DNA of 63,785 nt, the filler included, from Octopus bimaculoides (taxonomy: Eukaryota), in NCBI RefSeq assembly GCF_001194135.2. It is 8 parts of 8 records of this genome, joined end to end, with 100 filler letters (N's around TTAATTAATTAA, not from the genome) between each part and the next. Parts side by side here need not be neighbours in the genome. Positions count along the whole stretch, not along the records: positions 8,558 to 29,436 come from NC_068981.1; positions 29,537 to 33,846 come from NC_068999.1; positions 33,947 to 36,173 come from NC_068983.1; positions 36,274 to 50,346 come from NC_068991.1; 4 more parts are not named here. One strand, given 5' to 3'. Made by a program: the position numbers and the translations under genes. Of the stretch, positions 25,891 through 38,492 are shown in pieces. Under the pieces are notes generated by a model. The model was not told the origin of the DNA, made no database searches, and was given only the letters and a program-made list of their open reading frames with translations. Every line of letters begins with the position of its first letter. The stretch's first letter is position 1.

Positions 25891-26027
25891 TTAAGGATAG
25901 GGTGGTGGTGACGAAGACGGAGGTTGCTGTAATGCTGTTGGACGAAGTTGCTTAGTCTCAACGTAGCTGCTGTGGTGGTGTTCTCTGCTGTTGTCGCTCG
26001 AACTAGCTGTGTCTTTGTGGTCAGTGG
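25891..26027 (-). CDS. Terminal coding exon, phase 1 (TDHKDTASSSDNSREHHHSSYVETKQLRPTALQQPPSSSPPPYP*), PY motif
   Basis: Pyrimidine-rich acceptor ...ttgcttcccaaccttttaaagtctag|; GC-richer, protein-like 44 codons; TAA 25891-25893. Confidence 0.55.
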
Positions 26028-26279
26028 CTAGACTTTAAAAGGTTGGGAAGCAAAGACCTCGGAACGAGGAAAAGCTTAGTTTTTACAAGGAGCTGTGGTC
26101 TAAAACATGGTTGTAAACAGGCTGTCCCACGTGATCCTATTTAGAGCCTCCGAATGATTATACACGGCAACTTGGCGCAACAGAGTAGATGACAAATTGC
26201 GCCAATTGATGTTGTGAGTACTTGAAGAGATCCTCTCTTTCAATATACTGTTCAACTGTTAATTGTTTGAGGTAGACCA

Positions 26280-27060
26280 AGACATTTCCTGATGTAAATA
26301 ATGCATTTTCGTTCCATGATTTCTACTCTTGATAGTAATATTTTGTATATGAGCAGAGGCCAAACAAGGTGCAGATATAGGTCAAACTAGAAGCACCAAA
26401 TTTTGTATTTGCCTATAGTTTTGACTTATCTATTGCTTTTAACCCATCTCTGGTTTGTGGAATGATCTCAACACCTCTGCTCTTATTTGACAATGAGACA
26501 GTGCACCATCACCTTAAACTTTTTTCAGGCTTGCTTGTCTTTAACCCTTGGCATGGTTTCTTCTGCTATTTTAAATTTCACTTACTTCTTCTGACCTTTG
26601 AAAAATGACAGACTGCATTACCTATTTGCTTTATACTACATTTTCGGTCAAGTGGTTAATTCATCCAATCTATCCAGAACTATCTACATATCCATTTGAT
26701 CACTTGTTAGTATTGTTAAGTCACCCATGAATTCCTTCTTAGGTGATTATAATTTGAGCCATTTCTTCTGAATAGTCTGCTGATCGAAGAAGCATCTCCA
26801 TTACAAGATCCAACCAAATCCTTGATATTTTGCAAGCTGCAGCAATTCCAATTTCAAGACGATGCCAGTCTGTTGTGAAGTTATCTGCAATGAACTGCAA
26901 TTTGAAATTGTTATAGTAGCTCCTTATTAGATTCTTAATTCCTTTCAGTTCTTAAAAAAAGTTCATTGCTTCCATCAACAATTTGTGTGGTACAGAACTA
27001 TAAGATCAAGCCAGACAACATCTAAATCCCTTTTATTCTTCTTTGCATCTTGTATCACAA
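26280..27060 (-). mobile_element. Decayed RT fragment of an RLE-clade LINE (HERO/NeSL-like)
   Basis: IQDAKKNKRDLDVVWLDL, TTDWHRLEIGIAAAC, LVMEMLLRS, GKYKIWCF, LVWPLLIY motifs with stops and frameshifts. Confidence 0.8.
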
Positions 27061-27254
27061 CCTAAATGGAAAATGCACGTTCCACATACCGGCGGACGTA
27101 AAGAATGTGGACTGCACCCACAGAACAGGATCCAACTAGCGGCCAACAGCTAGTTGTTCCCTGCTACGTTCGCATGCACGTATGTATAATAAATGGAAGA
27201 GAGGAATTTCACCCGAGTCTACGTTATACATTCGTCACGTGGAAGGGGTGTACT

Positions 27255-27451
27255 ATAATTACTAATTTATTACAACAAGCCCAAAGCCAACACTTTCGTC
27301 TCCTGTACTCAACTGGTACTTATTTTATTGACCCGGAAAGGATGAAAAGCAAAGCCGACATCTGTGGAATTTGAATACAGAACGTGAGAACGGACGAAAT
27401 ACTGCTAAGCGTTTTGCCCGGCGTTCTAACAATTCTGCCAGCTCGCCGCCC
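27255..27451 (-). mobile_element. SINE family B
   Basis: Reverse complement of GGCGGCGAGCTGGCAGAATTGTTAG head plus AATAAGTACCAGTT. Confidence 0.8.
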
Positions 27452-28010
27452 CTATTTACATGAAAATTTTAACGTATCTATTGGAAGAGGATTGAACTCT
27501 AAATCGTGTCAATGTGATATATAGTTCAACTGAACATTGAAACTTGGCTCGATGGCAAATTTCTCATTGACATATGAAATATCGATATACCGCAAAAACG
27601 TATTTGTGATAATATTTTGTTGCCAAAGTTACTTTTTTCTTGCTACTTTAGTCGTAACAGTCACTGTTGACTTCTTATCTTCAGGTCAGTACAATTTTAG
27701 TCAGAATTGGAGCTAACATCAAAACATCGTATTTTTCTTTTAGTTTTAATGCATCTATAATGACATTATCAAAAATCTTCACTATTTAGGACATTAGGGA
27801 GGGATACAAGGATAATTTAGCTGTTATTTACAGGTCATAAGACTGCAGAAAGTTACCTTCGCAGGTTTCTCACAATTCTTTTCAATCCCTTTGGCACAAA
27901 CATAAGCTGATTATTCTTATTATTATATGAGAACACATGCACGCACACACAGACATATGTCCATATGTATGTGTATTTCTGCGTTTATGTACATATATGA
28001 ATATATATAA

Positions 28011-28054
<44 letters not shown>

Positions 28055-28136
28055 ATATATGTATACATAGAGTGAGAGAGAGTGAGAGAGTGAGAGAGAG
28101 AGAGATCAGTATGTATGTATATACATATATATTCTT

Positions 28137-28340
28137 TCTATCCCTTTATTCTTTTACTTGTTTCAGTCATTTGACTGCAGCCATGCTGGAGCACAATCGA
28201 ACAAATCAACTCCAGGACTTAATTTTGTCAGCCTAGTACTAATTCTGTCGGTTACTTTTGTAGAACCGCTAAGTTACGGGGACGTTACACACTAAGCTCG
28301 GTTGTAAATCGAGTGTGGGTGAAAACAACAACACAGACAC

Positions 28341-28345
<5 letters not shown>
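28137..28345 (-). mobile_element. SINE family A 3' half
   Basis: CTTTTACTTGTTTCAGTCATTTGACTGCAGCCATGCTGGAGCAC. Confidence 0.85.
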
Positions 28346-28397
<52 letters not shown>

Positions 28398-28439
28398 ACA
28401 TTTCTAGGTATCGTCGATATTTAAATTTGTCGTTTAAAT

Positions 28440-28637
28440 AGCTTTATACAGAAATGTTGACATCGGAATAAATTACAATAATAATGGATATTAGCGTCAA
28501 ATCTCTCTCTTAAATTTGAATTTAAATTAAAAATTTGGATATATAAACAAGTAGAACGATCCCTAAGGAGTCTAATTTAGACATTTTTGCGGTGAAATCT
28601 CCTGCTATATTGGTAACGATTACATGGTTTTCTATGA

Positions 28638-28679
<42 letters not shown>

Positions 28680-29345
28680 CTCTTCCTTTCTCGCTTCAGC
28701 CAGCATAGAAGCAAGACAAAACTACTGTCTCTCTCCGTTCAGCTTCGTCACATGACAGGGTTCAATATCTCATCGCGTTCGGCCCAACGGCCTTTAATGT
28801 TGTTTTCACTGCTTAATTTTTCATGTCTTGGTTTTGTTTGCTACCTTGTAACCCTCCGCTACCTTGTAATGCCTCATCTTCGAAATGCTTAGTTTAGAAT
28901 AGAGGCAGCTGATGAAGGAAAAGTTTCATAGATAGCTAGTCTGTTTTCGTATGTGTTCATTCTGTTGTCCGATGTGAATGATATAATATTCCTCTGTCTA
29001 CGTTTTCTTTTTTTTATTTTTGGCCCATTAGTAGGTGTGTAAACTATTTTCTCTTTAAATATATATATATATATATAATAATTTTTTTTCCAGAGGATGT
29101 AGCAACCGTTACCAATATAGCATAAGAACTTACCTTAGGAGATCATTAATTAGATTCCTTAAGGGTCGTTCTCACAGTTTATATTTATATCATAAGATTT
29201 TTAAACTTTTAAATGTTCATATTCAAAAGAGACAGAGACTTCAAATTCGATATATCGATTTATTCACCACTCTATGTTAACATTTCTGTGCCAAACTTAT
29301 CCAGTGACTGGTCCATTGGATTTAGACGTTTGGCACTTCTTCAGG
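28440..29345. repeat. Two diverged copies of one interspersed repeat in inverted orientation (~28440-28645 / ~29075-29290) around an unrelated repeat
   Basis: 28603-28618 vs 29107-29122 16/16; 28554-28577 vs 29148-29171 21/24. Confidence 0.75.
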
Positions 29346-29536
29346 AGTGGTTACCTTTCGAACAAAACACGAAAAAACACATACATAACTATTATTAGGT
29401 CTTTAGGACATCGTTAGCTTTCGTGTTTGTTATTATNNNNNNNNNNNNNNNNNNNNNNNNNNNNNNNNNNNNNNNNNNNNTTAATTAATTAANNNNNNNN
29501 NNNNNNNNNNNNNNNNNNNNNNNNNNNNNNNNNNNN

Positions 29537-29583
<47 letters not shown>

Positions 29584-29944
29584 AATATATACACACATAT
29601 ATATATGTATACATATACATATATATATATCTGTGTTGTTTCTCTGCCAGAATATAGCCATAGACAAAAAGCTTTGCTTTGCATTATATAATAATTTTCC
29701 CGTTATCTTCTTAGTTGAAATGACGCTAATAGCTCCTCTGCACCCCATTCTGTTAGAAAACAACATAACACTTCATTGTAATGCAATTAATCTACCACTA
29801 AATATTCTGCGTCGATGGGTCACTGTAACGTCAAAACTGTTCAGTCTACCAATATTACGAGAATAATTGTTGTCGTTCAATGAGAATTTTCATACCATTT
29901 TTTTATTGATATTGGTATAGTATGATTTTGTCTGTGATTATTCC

Positions 29945-30125
29945 TCCGCCATCGCTTAACAACCGACGTTGGTATGGTTACGTCCCCGTAACTTAGCAGT
30001 TCGTGTAAAGAGACCGCTAGAATAAGTACTAGGCTTACAAAGAATAAGTCCAGGGGCCGATTTGTTCGACGAAAGGCGGGGCTCCAGCATTGCCGCAGTC
30101 AAATGACTGAAACAAGTAAAAGAAT
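29945..30125 (+). mobile_element. SINE family A 3' half
   Basis: ACGTCCCCGTAACTTAGC...GACTGAAACAAGTAAAAGA. Confidence 0.85.
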
Positions 30126-31141
30126 ATATATGTATGTATATGTTCATATATATGCATATATATANNNNNNNNNNNNNNNNNNNNNNNNNNNNNNNNNNNN
30201 NNNNNNNNNNNNNNNNNNNNNNNNNNNNNNNNNNNNNNNNNNNNNNNNNNNNNNNNNNNNNNNNNNNNNNNNNNNNNNNNNNNNNNNNNNNNNNNNNNNN
30301 NNNNNNNNNNNNNNNNNNNNNNNNNNNNNNNNNNNNNNNNNNNNNNNNNNNNNNNNNNNNNNNNNNNNNNNNNNNNNNNNNNNNNNNNNNNNNNNNNNNN
30401 NNNNNNNNNNNNNNNNNNNNNNNNNNNNNNNNNNNNNNNNNNNNNNNNNNNNNNNNNNNNNNNNNNNNNNNNNNNNNNNNNNNNNNNNNNNNNNNNNNNN
30501 NNNNNNNNNNNNNNNNNNNNNNNNNNNNNNNNNNNNNNNNNNNNNNNNNNNNNNNNNNNNNNNNNNNNNNNNNNNNNNNNNNNNNNNNNNNNNNNNNNNN
30601 NNNNNNNNNNNNNNNNNNNNNNNNNNNNNNNNNNNNNNNNNNNNNNNNNNNNNNNNNNNNNNNNNNNNNNNNNNNNNNNNNNNNNNNNNNNNNNNNNNNN
30701 NNNNNNNNNNNNNNNNNNNNNNNNNNNNNNNNNNNNNNNNNNNNNNNNNNNNNNNNNNNNNNNNNNNNNNNNNNNNNNNNNNNNNNNNNNNNNNNNNNNN
30801 NNNNNNNNNNNNNNNNNNNNNNNNNNNNNNNNNNNNNNNNNNNNNNNNNNNNNNNNNNNNNNNNNNNNNNNNNNNNNNNNNNNNNNNNNNNNNNNNNNNN
30901 NNNNNNNNNNNNNNNNNNNNNNNNNNNNNNNNNNNNNNNNNNNNNNNNNNNNNNNNNNNNNNNNNNNNNNNNNNNNNNNNNNNNNNNNNNNNNNNNNNNN
31001 NNNNNNNNNNNNNNNNNNNNNNNNNNNNNNNNNNNNNNNNNNNNNNNNNNNNNNNNNNNNNNNNNNNNNNNNNNNNNNNNNNNNNNNNNNNNNNNNNNNN
31101 NNNNNNNNNNNNNNNNNNNNNNNNNNNNNNNNNNNNNNNNN

Positions 31142-31191
<50 letters not shown>

Positions 31192-31415
31192 AATACATAC
31201 ATATATACGTACAGATGTATATATATATATATATATTTATATATGTGCATATGTATGTGTGTACATACATACATATATACATACTTACATATATACATGT
31301 GTGTGTGTGCGTGCATTTATACGCTTTTGTTTGTCTTAGTGCGTGTTCCTGTGTATTCATGTATGCATATATACAGGTATATGTATATGTACGTACGTAC
31401 ACACACACACACACG

Positions 31416-31446
<31 letters not shown>

Positions 31447-31888
31447 ANNNNNNNNNNNNNNNNNNNNNNNNNNNNNNNNNNNNNNNNNNNNNNNNNNNNN
31501 NNNNNNNNNNNNNNNNNNNNNNNNNNNNNNNNNNNNNNNNNNNNNNNATATGTATGTATGTATGTATGTATGTATATCATTCGACCATCTTTCTACTGAA
31601 GACATGAAGAATTACAATCGTTTCATTGACGGTAGATTGGCAGAGACTGTAATGTGTAGGATTAAATCTCGAGCAAGCGTACAGTTATATCCCTTTAGAA
31701 CGCTGGCTTCCTTTCCTTTCTTTCTTTCTTCGGTGTTCGATAAAATAAATCTTAATAATATGCTTGCTGTAGCCTATTTTAGTGTCCGCACATCTCACCC
31801 CAAATCTTCGTCATCAACACCGATATTCGCAAACGCCTGTCAGTACTGATGCTGCTGTTGTCCCCATCGTCATCATTATCATCATCTT

Positions 31889-31956
<68 letters not shown>

Positions 31957-32531
31957 TTAAATATTTCATCTTTAACATCATCACCAGCTCTATCGTACAT
32001 AAATTGTGCTAGGATATTTCTATCCGCTATATATATNNNNNNNNNNNNNNNNNNNNNNNNNNNNNNNNNNNNNNNNNNNNNNNNNNNNNNNNNNNNNNNN
32101 NNNNNNNNNNNNNNNNNNNNNNNNNNNNNNNNNNNNNNNNNNNNNNNNNNNNNNNNNNNNNNNNNNNNNNNNNNNNNNNNNNNNNNNNNNNNNNNNNNNN
32201 NNNNNNNNNNNNNNNNNNNNNNNNNNNNNNNNNNNNNNNNNNNNNNNNNNNNNNNNNNNNNNNNNNNNNNNNNNNNNNNNNNNNNNNNNNNNNNNNNNNN
32301 NNNNNNNNNNNNNNNNNNNNNNNNNNNNNNNNNNNNNNNNNNNNNNNNNNNNNNNNNNNNNNNNNNNNNNNNNNNNNNNNNNNNNNNNNNNNNNNNNNNN
32401 NNNNNNNNNNNNNNNNNNNNNNNNNNNNNNNNNNNNNNNNNNNNNNNNNNNNNNNNNNNNNNNNNNNNNNNNNNNNNNNNNNNNNNNNNNNNNNNNNNNN
32501 NNNNNNNNNNNNNNNNNNNNNNNNNNNNNNN

Positions 32532-32572
<41 letters not shown>

Positions 32573-33237
32573 CATATATGTGTGTACGTCCATTTAGATA
32601 GATTTTTATGTCAAGTCGATTGTGTTGGAAAATGGAAATGTAGCAACACATCAAATATCAGCGATTGAAAACAAAACAAAACAAAAAAAAAAAGCGAAGA
32701 CATATAAAATAAGATACAAAACACCTACATACGCACATAAAAAAAAGGAAAAGAAAAACTAAAAAAGAAAACTTCCAAAAACTGAACAATAATAATAAAA
32801 AGGAGGAAAAACTATCAAATATCAAAAAAGAATAAAAATAACCTTAGAAAAGAAAGATAAAAAGCGAAAGAGAATCTTTATGCAATAGGATTTGAATGCA
32901 ATATCCCAGCGAGGTTTCAATAACTTATTCTCCGAAGAATTAGCTTCTACAGTATCGAAAATGAGTTTCATAGAATTGCAAACACGCAGTGAATGGTTAC
33001 TTTTGTACTGTAGAGCTTGTCGTCTCCAGTCTTTGATACAATTGGATAATTAGTAACCGTCGTGTAAACGCGGAGCTTCAAAAATGTGCACGCCATCTTT
33101 TTTGACAAGATTTTCGACTTGCTCGCTGGTCAATGTTGTTTCACTGCTGGTGTCATGGCGGACGTTTGCGCTAAGTCGATTGTTTTTGTGTTGTGTTCGA
33201 GTTTTTATGTACCCCTCTCATATATATATCGTATATA

Positions 33238-33280
<43 letters not shown>

Positions 33281-33331
33281 TTTGTTTGTGTGTGTATACA
33301 TATGTATATATTTTTACAAAGTGCTAAATAC

Positions 33332-33373
<42 letters not shown>

Positions 33374-33539
33374 TTATCGATCAACAAAGTAACATACATA
33401 CACACACATACACACTCACACAGAACACACACATATCGATTAATATATCTATCTTTCTATTTATCTAACTATGTATATTTGTTTATTTGTTGGTATACAT
33501 GTCTCCGTCATCATTTCTCTTTTGCTCCCCTCCCCCTTC

Positions 33540-33599
<60 letters not shown>

Positions 33600-33628
33600 C
33601 AATGTATGTATGTATGTATGTATGCATG

Positions 33629-33664
<36 letters not shown>

Positions 33665-33994
33665 ATCATGGACGGACGGTAGACACATCGGCTCCCATGT
33701 AAGTTGCATTTTTCACCTCTTAAAAGACCTATTTTGTTTTAAAATTTTGTATAAGTTGTGTATAACACAAAATACTTCGTGAACATATATTTTTCAAATC
33801 GGAAATAGCTCTATTTAGAGCCTTATTTCCAAAAATTCAAACATATNNNNNNNNNNNNNNNNNNNNNNNNNNNNNNNNNNNNNNNNNNNNTTAATTAATT
33901 AANNNNNNNNNNNNNNNNNNNNNNNNNNNNNNNNNNNNNNNNNNNNTAACACTTAATTGTCAAAGTCGATTTATAGTTGAAATATATAAATGTT

Positions 33995-34356
33995 TTGGAG
34001 TTTTGTTTCGACGAGGAGGTTTTCCCCTGTTTCACAAAGGCTGTCATTACTTTCGAGACAGTACGTCTTGATACACCAAACATTTTGGCCGTTTCGTTAC
34101 GCTAGCGCCTGCCATACGAGCACCAACAATTCGACCTCTTTGAAAGTCCGATAGATCTGTTATTTTAGTGAATTTTAATTACCTTTTTCTGATGAAAGCT
34201 GAAAGGAAACAGCAATTTTAGAAAAACATATTATGCAACACTAATAATAAATTTAAAAAAAACATAAAAGCAAACAAGCCTTTGACGGTTTTATAGATAT
34301 TTCAAAATTATGATGCTATGATGATAAGTGTTTCCATTAATTTGTCCAACCAAGTG
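33995..34356 (-). mobile_element. Tc1-like transposon 5' fragment (TIR plus HTH-coding region)
   Basis: TA|CACTTGGTTGGACAAATTAATGGAAACAC end; DLSDFQRGRIVGARMAGASVTK / MFGVSRRTVSKVMTAFVKQGKTSS (frameshifted). Confidence 0.85.
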
Positions 34357-34452
34357 TATATATATATATATACATAAGCACACATACATACATACACATA
34401 CACATATATGATGCATACATACATTGTCATATTATTGTGGAAGACATCTCAC

Positions 34453-34554
34453 GTGATTAGCAGCAGCCCAAAAATCTCATCAAGATCGTCTTTATGCGAC
34501 GGGACGTTGTCGCATAAACAAGATTTAGATTTCCATTCCGAAGAAAAGACTGTT
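34453..34554 (-). CDS. Internal exon of minus-strand gene, phase 2-2 (TVFSSEWKSKSCLCDNVPSHKDDLDEIFGLLLI)
   Basis: cattctctatatttattccag| and CAC|GTGAGA; only the phase-2 frame is open, matching the upstream exon. Confidence 0.5.
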
Positions 34555-34789
34555 CTGGAATAAATATAGAGAATGTCTCTGTTATTGAATACATATACAA
34601 AGATCAGCAAAAAGAATACTGCTTGACCTTTCCCACCAAAACACCAGTCAAGTGTAAACATAAAGACCGGATATTGTTGTTTGAGGCAGACAAGAAAAGT
34701 ATGTACTGTCAAAGAAGTCAGCTATCTTACTGATATGAATATATTTTTGAAAATCGAAAACAAACAACTATGGAAAATTGCTTCGAAAC

Positions 34790-34950
34790 TTCTTGTTTTT
34801 ATATCCAGATTATTAACTCACATTTATACCAATGCCTAACTGACAATTTGGATAACCTAGGGTTTTCAGAAAAAGAAAATAACCAGGTAATACGCACATG
34901 AGAAATACAATTTGTAAATGTAACATTAAAAATATGCAAGATTTTTCTCA
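34790..34950 (+). mobile_element. RLE-LINE 3' end fragment
   Basis: CLTDNLDNLGFSEKENNQVIR...LKICKIFL; resembles 53175-53415 and the end of 17350-18930. Confidence 0.55.
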
Positions 34951-35823
34951 TTGTTTTTGTATTCGGCGAAGTTCCACCGATGGAGCATTGTATCGTTCTT
35001 AGAAACTAGCTCCTTCCCCAGAGGAAGAATTCAAATGATTAAAAACAGAAAGGGCACATACATACATATAATCAGTAGGTGAGTGCAGTGAAATTTAAAC
35101 TTCTGTATATAAAAGAAACTTGTTTACTTGCTTATTCAACACAAACTATTTAACATTTAAAGTAAACTTAATTTTGGATTAAGTAATTAAATTCTTCATA
35201 TAAAACTTATTAAGAAATAAAGAATTTAATTGTGTCATCGTATAATGTTTTATTCGAATCAATGAACAAGACAAGTTACTTTTGTTTCCTTTCAAAACCG
35301 ATATAAGACAGAGACATTTCTTCTAGAAATTTGCAAACAAGTTCGTTTGTGTTCGTACAGTAACCAAATGGAAATTTTGGTATAGCAAAATATAATTTAA
35401 TTATACTATCTCAACTATTATCTAACTATAGAATAACAATGGAATTCTGTCGTCGAATTCGCTATCTAAACACGAAAAGAAAAAAAAAACCCTCCTTTTA
35501 CTTGATTATTCTTGCCTCTTCAATCTAAGCAAATATATACTTTTAAACACCCTCCAGTATTTATATATATATATATGTATATGAGTGTACATATACATAC
35601 ATACATATNNNNNNNNNNNNNNNNNNNNNNNNNNNNNNNNNNNNNNNNNNNNNNNNNNNNNNNNNNNNNNNNNNNNNNNNNNNNNNNNNNNNNNNNNNNN
35701 NNNNNNNNNNNNNNNNNNNNNNNNNNNNNNNNNNNNNNNNNNNNNNNNNNNNNNNNNNNNNNNNNNNNNNNNNNNNNNNNNNNNNNNNNNNNNNNNNNNN
35801 NNNNNNNNNNNNNNNNNNNNNNN

Positions 35824-35865
<42 letters not shown>

Positions 35866-36273
35866 CGTATATATGCATATATATATATATTTATATACAT
35901 GTATGTATATTTATATATGTTTAAAAATATATATGCACACACACACATACATACACACACACACATATATATACACATTATATATACACATGTATATATG
36001 CAAACACATGAATATACGTATTTGAGTATGGGTGTCCGTGTGTTAGTATACATGTATACATGAATGTAATGTATTGCATACGAAAATATACATTAAGATA
36101 TAAGGATATGCAGTACTATATCACTGCCTGTCTATGTGTGTGTGTATAATTTTATGTATATATATATATATATNNNNNNNNNNNNNNNNNNNNNNNNNNN
36201 NNNNNNNNNNNNNNNNNTTAATTAATTAANNNNNNNNNNNNNNNNNNNNNNNNNNNNNNNNNNNNNNNNNNNN

Positions 36274-36660
36274 AGGTGATAGTCGGAAAGGACGAGATCT
36301 GTACCGTATGCAGTGTTTTCCAGCAACACGAAACCCAGTTTTTCAATACAGTGTGGAGGGCCATATGTGGGCGTGCATCGTCGTACAACAATAACATTTG
36401 AATTGACAATCGACTTGAGCGTTTGTTGCAAAATGCTGGTTTCAAATTTTTGAGCAGGATTCCACTACTGGTGACTGCAGACCGCGACACCAAAATAACG
36501 GTTAACATCACTTTCTCTGCGGAAGATGTGTCTGAAATTTCTTTTCCACTTGCGATTTCAGTTGTTTCCACTCCATACTCTGCCTTTTGACTTCTGGCTC
36601 AAAATGATGAACCTTGGTCCCATCTGTGACTATTCTCTCTAGAAAGCCTCGCATAGTGTT
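36274..36660 (-). mobile_element. Mariner transposase fragment (decayed)
   Basis: FLERIVTDG.KVHHFEPEVKRQSMEWK, SAEKVMLTV, LLLYDDARPH, YGTDLVLSDYH (YSPDL motif remnant). Confidence 0.85.
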
Positions 36661-37217
36661 TTCGATGTGATAATATAGGATATATAATGACTCACTGTAG
36701 AACGAAGGTGATAAAACGTCAGAAAAATGGTAAAAATAATAGTTTGTCGTCGGGAAAAAAAGGGTAATACAACGAACAGAAAATTTGTACATGTGAAAAT
36801 TAAAAATACAAGTGTAAAATTAAAGTTCAACACAAGTAGTGACATGACTATTATAAACGGAAAAAATAAAAAGCGTGGAAACATATCGGTAAGCCGAAAT
36901 TAATTAAATCTAAAAAGGTAGCACATAGTGTTACGGGAAAAAGATTACATTTTATCGGTGAATGCGTATGTAACGTAACACTTCGAAGTCAAACGAAAAA
37001 GTCTAAGATATGTATTAAAACATTCACTAAATTTATTTGGCACAGAATGTACAGAACTATTCAATTTATGGAATAAGCCCATTAGTGCTTTGTGTAGATA
37101 TAGTCGCCTCAGTCGAAGGTTTAAATGCGGCTGAGGGACTGAAAAAAAAAAATTGCGGTAAAACAAAGTGGAACACGTATATTTAAATCAAAACGAAATG
37201 TACCGTTCACGAAAAAA

Positions 37218-38125
37218 TTGCCCACGATAAAAAGTAAATATTGTTCAAAAGTAGATGTTCCGTGGTTGAGACTATACATCGATGTAGCTGGTCCTTTAAA
37301 CGGTTCTTACTACTTAGTGGTCGTTGATAGTTTTTCGAAATGGCCTGAAATTCGTAAGTGCAAAAAACCAACCTCCTCAACTGAGATAAAATTTTTTACA
37401 CGAATTCTTTTGCAAGAATTGGCATCTCAGTCAAGATAGTTTTCGACAATGGAACGCAATTTGTATCTAGCGAATTTAAAAAGAAATTGTGAAATGTTCG
37501 CGGTAAGACATATAACTATGGCGCCATACCATCCCAAATCTAATGGACAAGCAGAACATTTTGTTGATACCTTCAAAAGAACTTTAAGAAAAGCAAATAA
37601 GGAATGCACGGATGAGGTAGCTCTTCAACAGTTTTTAAGAGTGTCCGTGTAACGCCAAATTCGAATGCACAAGCAGGTAGCTCACTAGTGGAGCTGACAT
37701 TTACAAGGAAAGTAATGTCAGTTTTTGATAAATTGCTACCTGACAAGAAAAGAAAAGGAGCCAGAGAAGACATAGCAAGATTTTTTAAAGTTGGTGATAA
37801 GGTGTATTTGAGGACATACAAAAATGGAAAGCAGAACTGGGAAGTGGGCGAAATTACCAAATACATAGGTAAAATGATGTATTGGGTAAAAAGTAGGAAA
37901 GTCATACGAAAGAGACACAGGAACCAACTGAAAAAGAGATTCGTGGAAAGCGAACTAAAGGAGCTGGAGGAACCTATGGAACGGTTGCACGATACGTACA
38001 AAGTACCAACGCTACTGCGGGTGATTGAATCCAGTCGTGCAAGGGAAAGGAAAAAAAAACACACGGTGTTCCTGAAAATAGATGCGAAGAAAAAAAAAAT
38101 GTTTAATTGTTCGAAAAAAAATTAA
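37218..38125 (+). mobile_element. Gypsy/Ty3 integrase fragment (frameshifted)
   Basis: PWLRLYIDVAGP...LVVVDSFSKWPE, DNGTQF, PYHPKSNGQAEHFVDTFK (rve D,D,E), then FKVGDKVYLR...KRHRNQL. Confidence 0.9.
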
Positions 38126-38190
38126 AAATTGGGAGGTAGGAGAATAAAAATATTATTGCTAAATAAAATGACACTTCCTAAGAAAAACTT

Positions 38191-38290
38191 AAAAGGGGAA
38201 ATGTTGTAGGGAATTAGTAGTAATGGACACCCCTCCCACGTGACCAGTGGAATGATCCAGTCACTATAAGTAAAGTGACATCGGCCTTAC
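38191..38290 (+). mobile_element. Polypurine tract and start of 3' LTR
   Basis: AAAAGGGGAAA immediately followed by TGTTGTAGG (38202), just downstream of the integrase. Confidence 0.65.
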
Positions 38291-38299
38291 TTATACACA

Positions 38300-38492
38300 C
38301 CAATACCGATAGCCAAGCAGTAGTGTGGACAAACATACACACACATATATACAAGAGGCTTCTTTCAGTTTCCGTCTACCAAATCCACTCACAAGATTTG
38401 GTCGACTCGAGGCTAGAGTGGAAGACATTTGCCCAAGGTACCACCCAGGACCATGTTGCTGAAAACAAGCTTCTTACCACACAGCCACGTCC
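38300..38492 (-). mobile_element. SINE family A 5' half
   Basis: CTTCTTTCAGTTTCCGTCTACCAAATCCACTCACAAG. Confidence 0.8.

Noticed and set aside
28880-28925. GAAA...CTGATGA arrangement as a type II hammerhead
   Set aside because: Stems I and III cannot be formed
31800-32010. Minus-strand ORF with poly-Ser and acidic tract and a GTGAGA donor
   Set aside because: Poly-Ser comes from an (AGT)n microsatellite and the acceptors are weak; two frames are equally plausible, so it cannot be supported
34571-34699. Plus-strand open exon-like segment (NVSVIEYIYKDQQKEYCLTFP…) with GTATGT donor
   Set aside because: No polypyrimidine tract and no phase-linked neighbours; it lies within the better supported minus-strand gene
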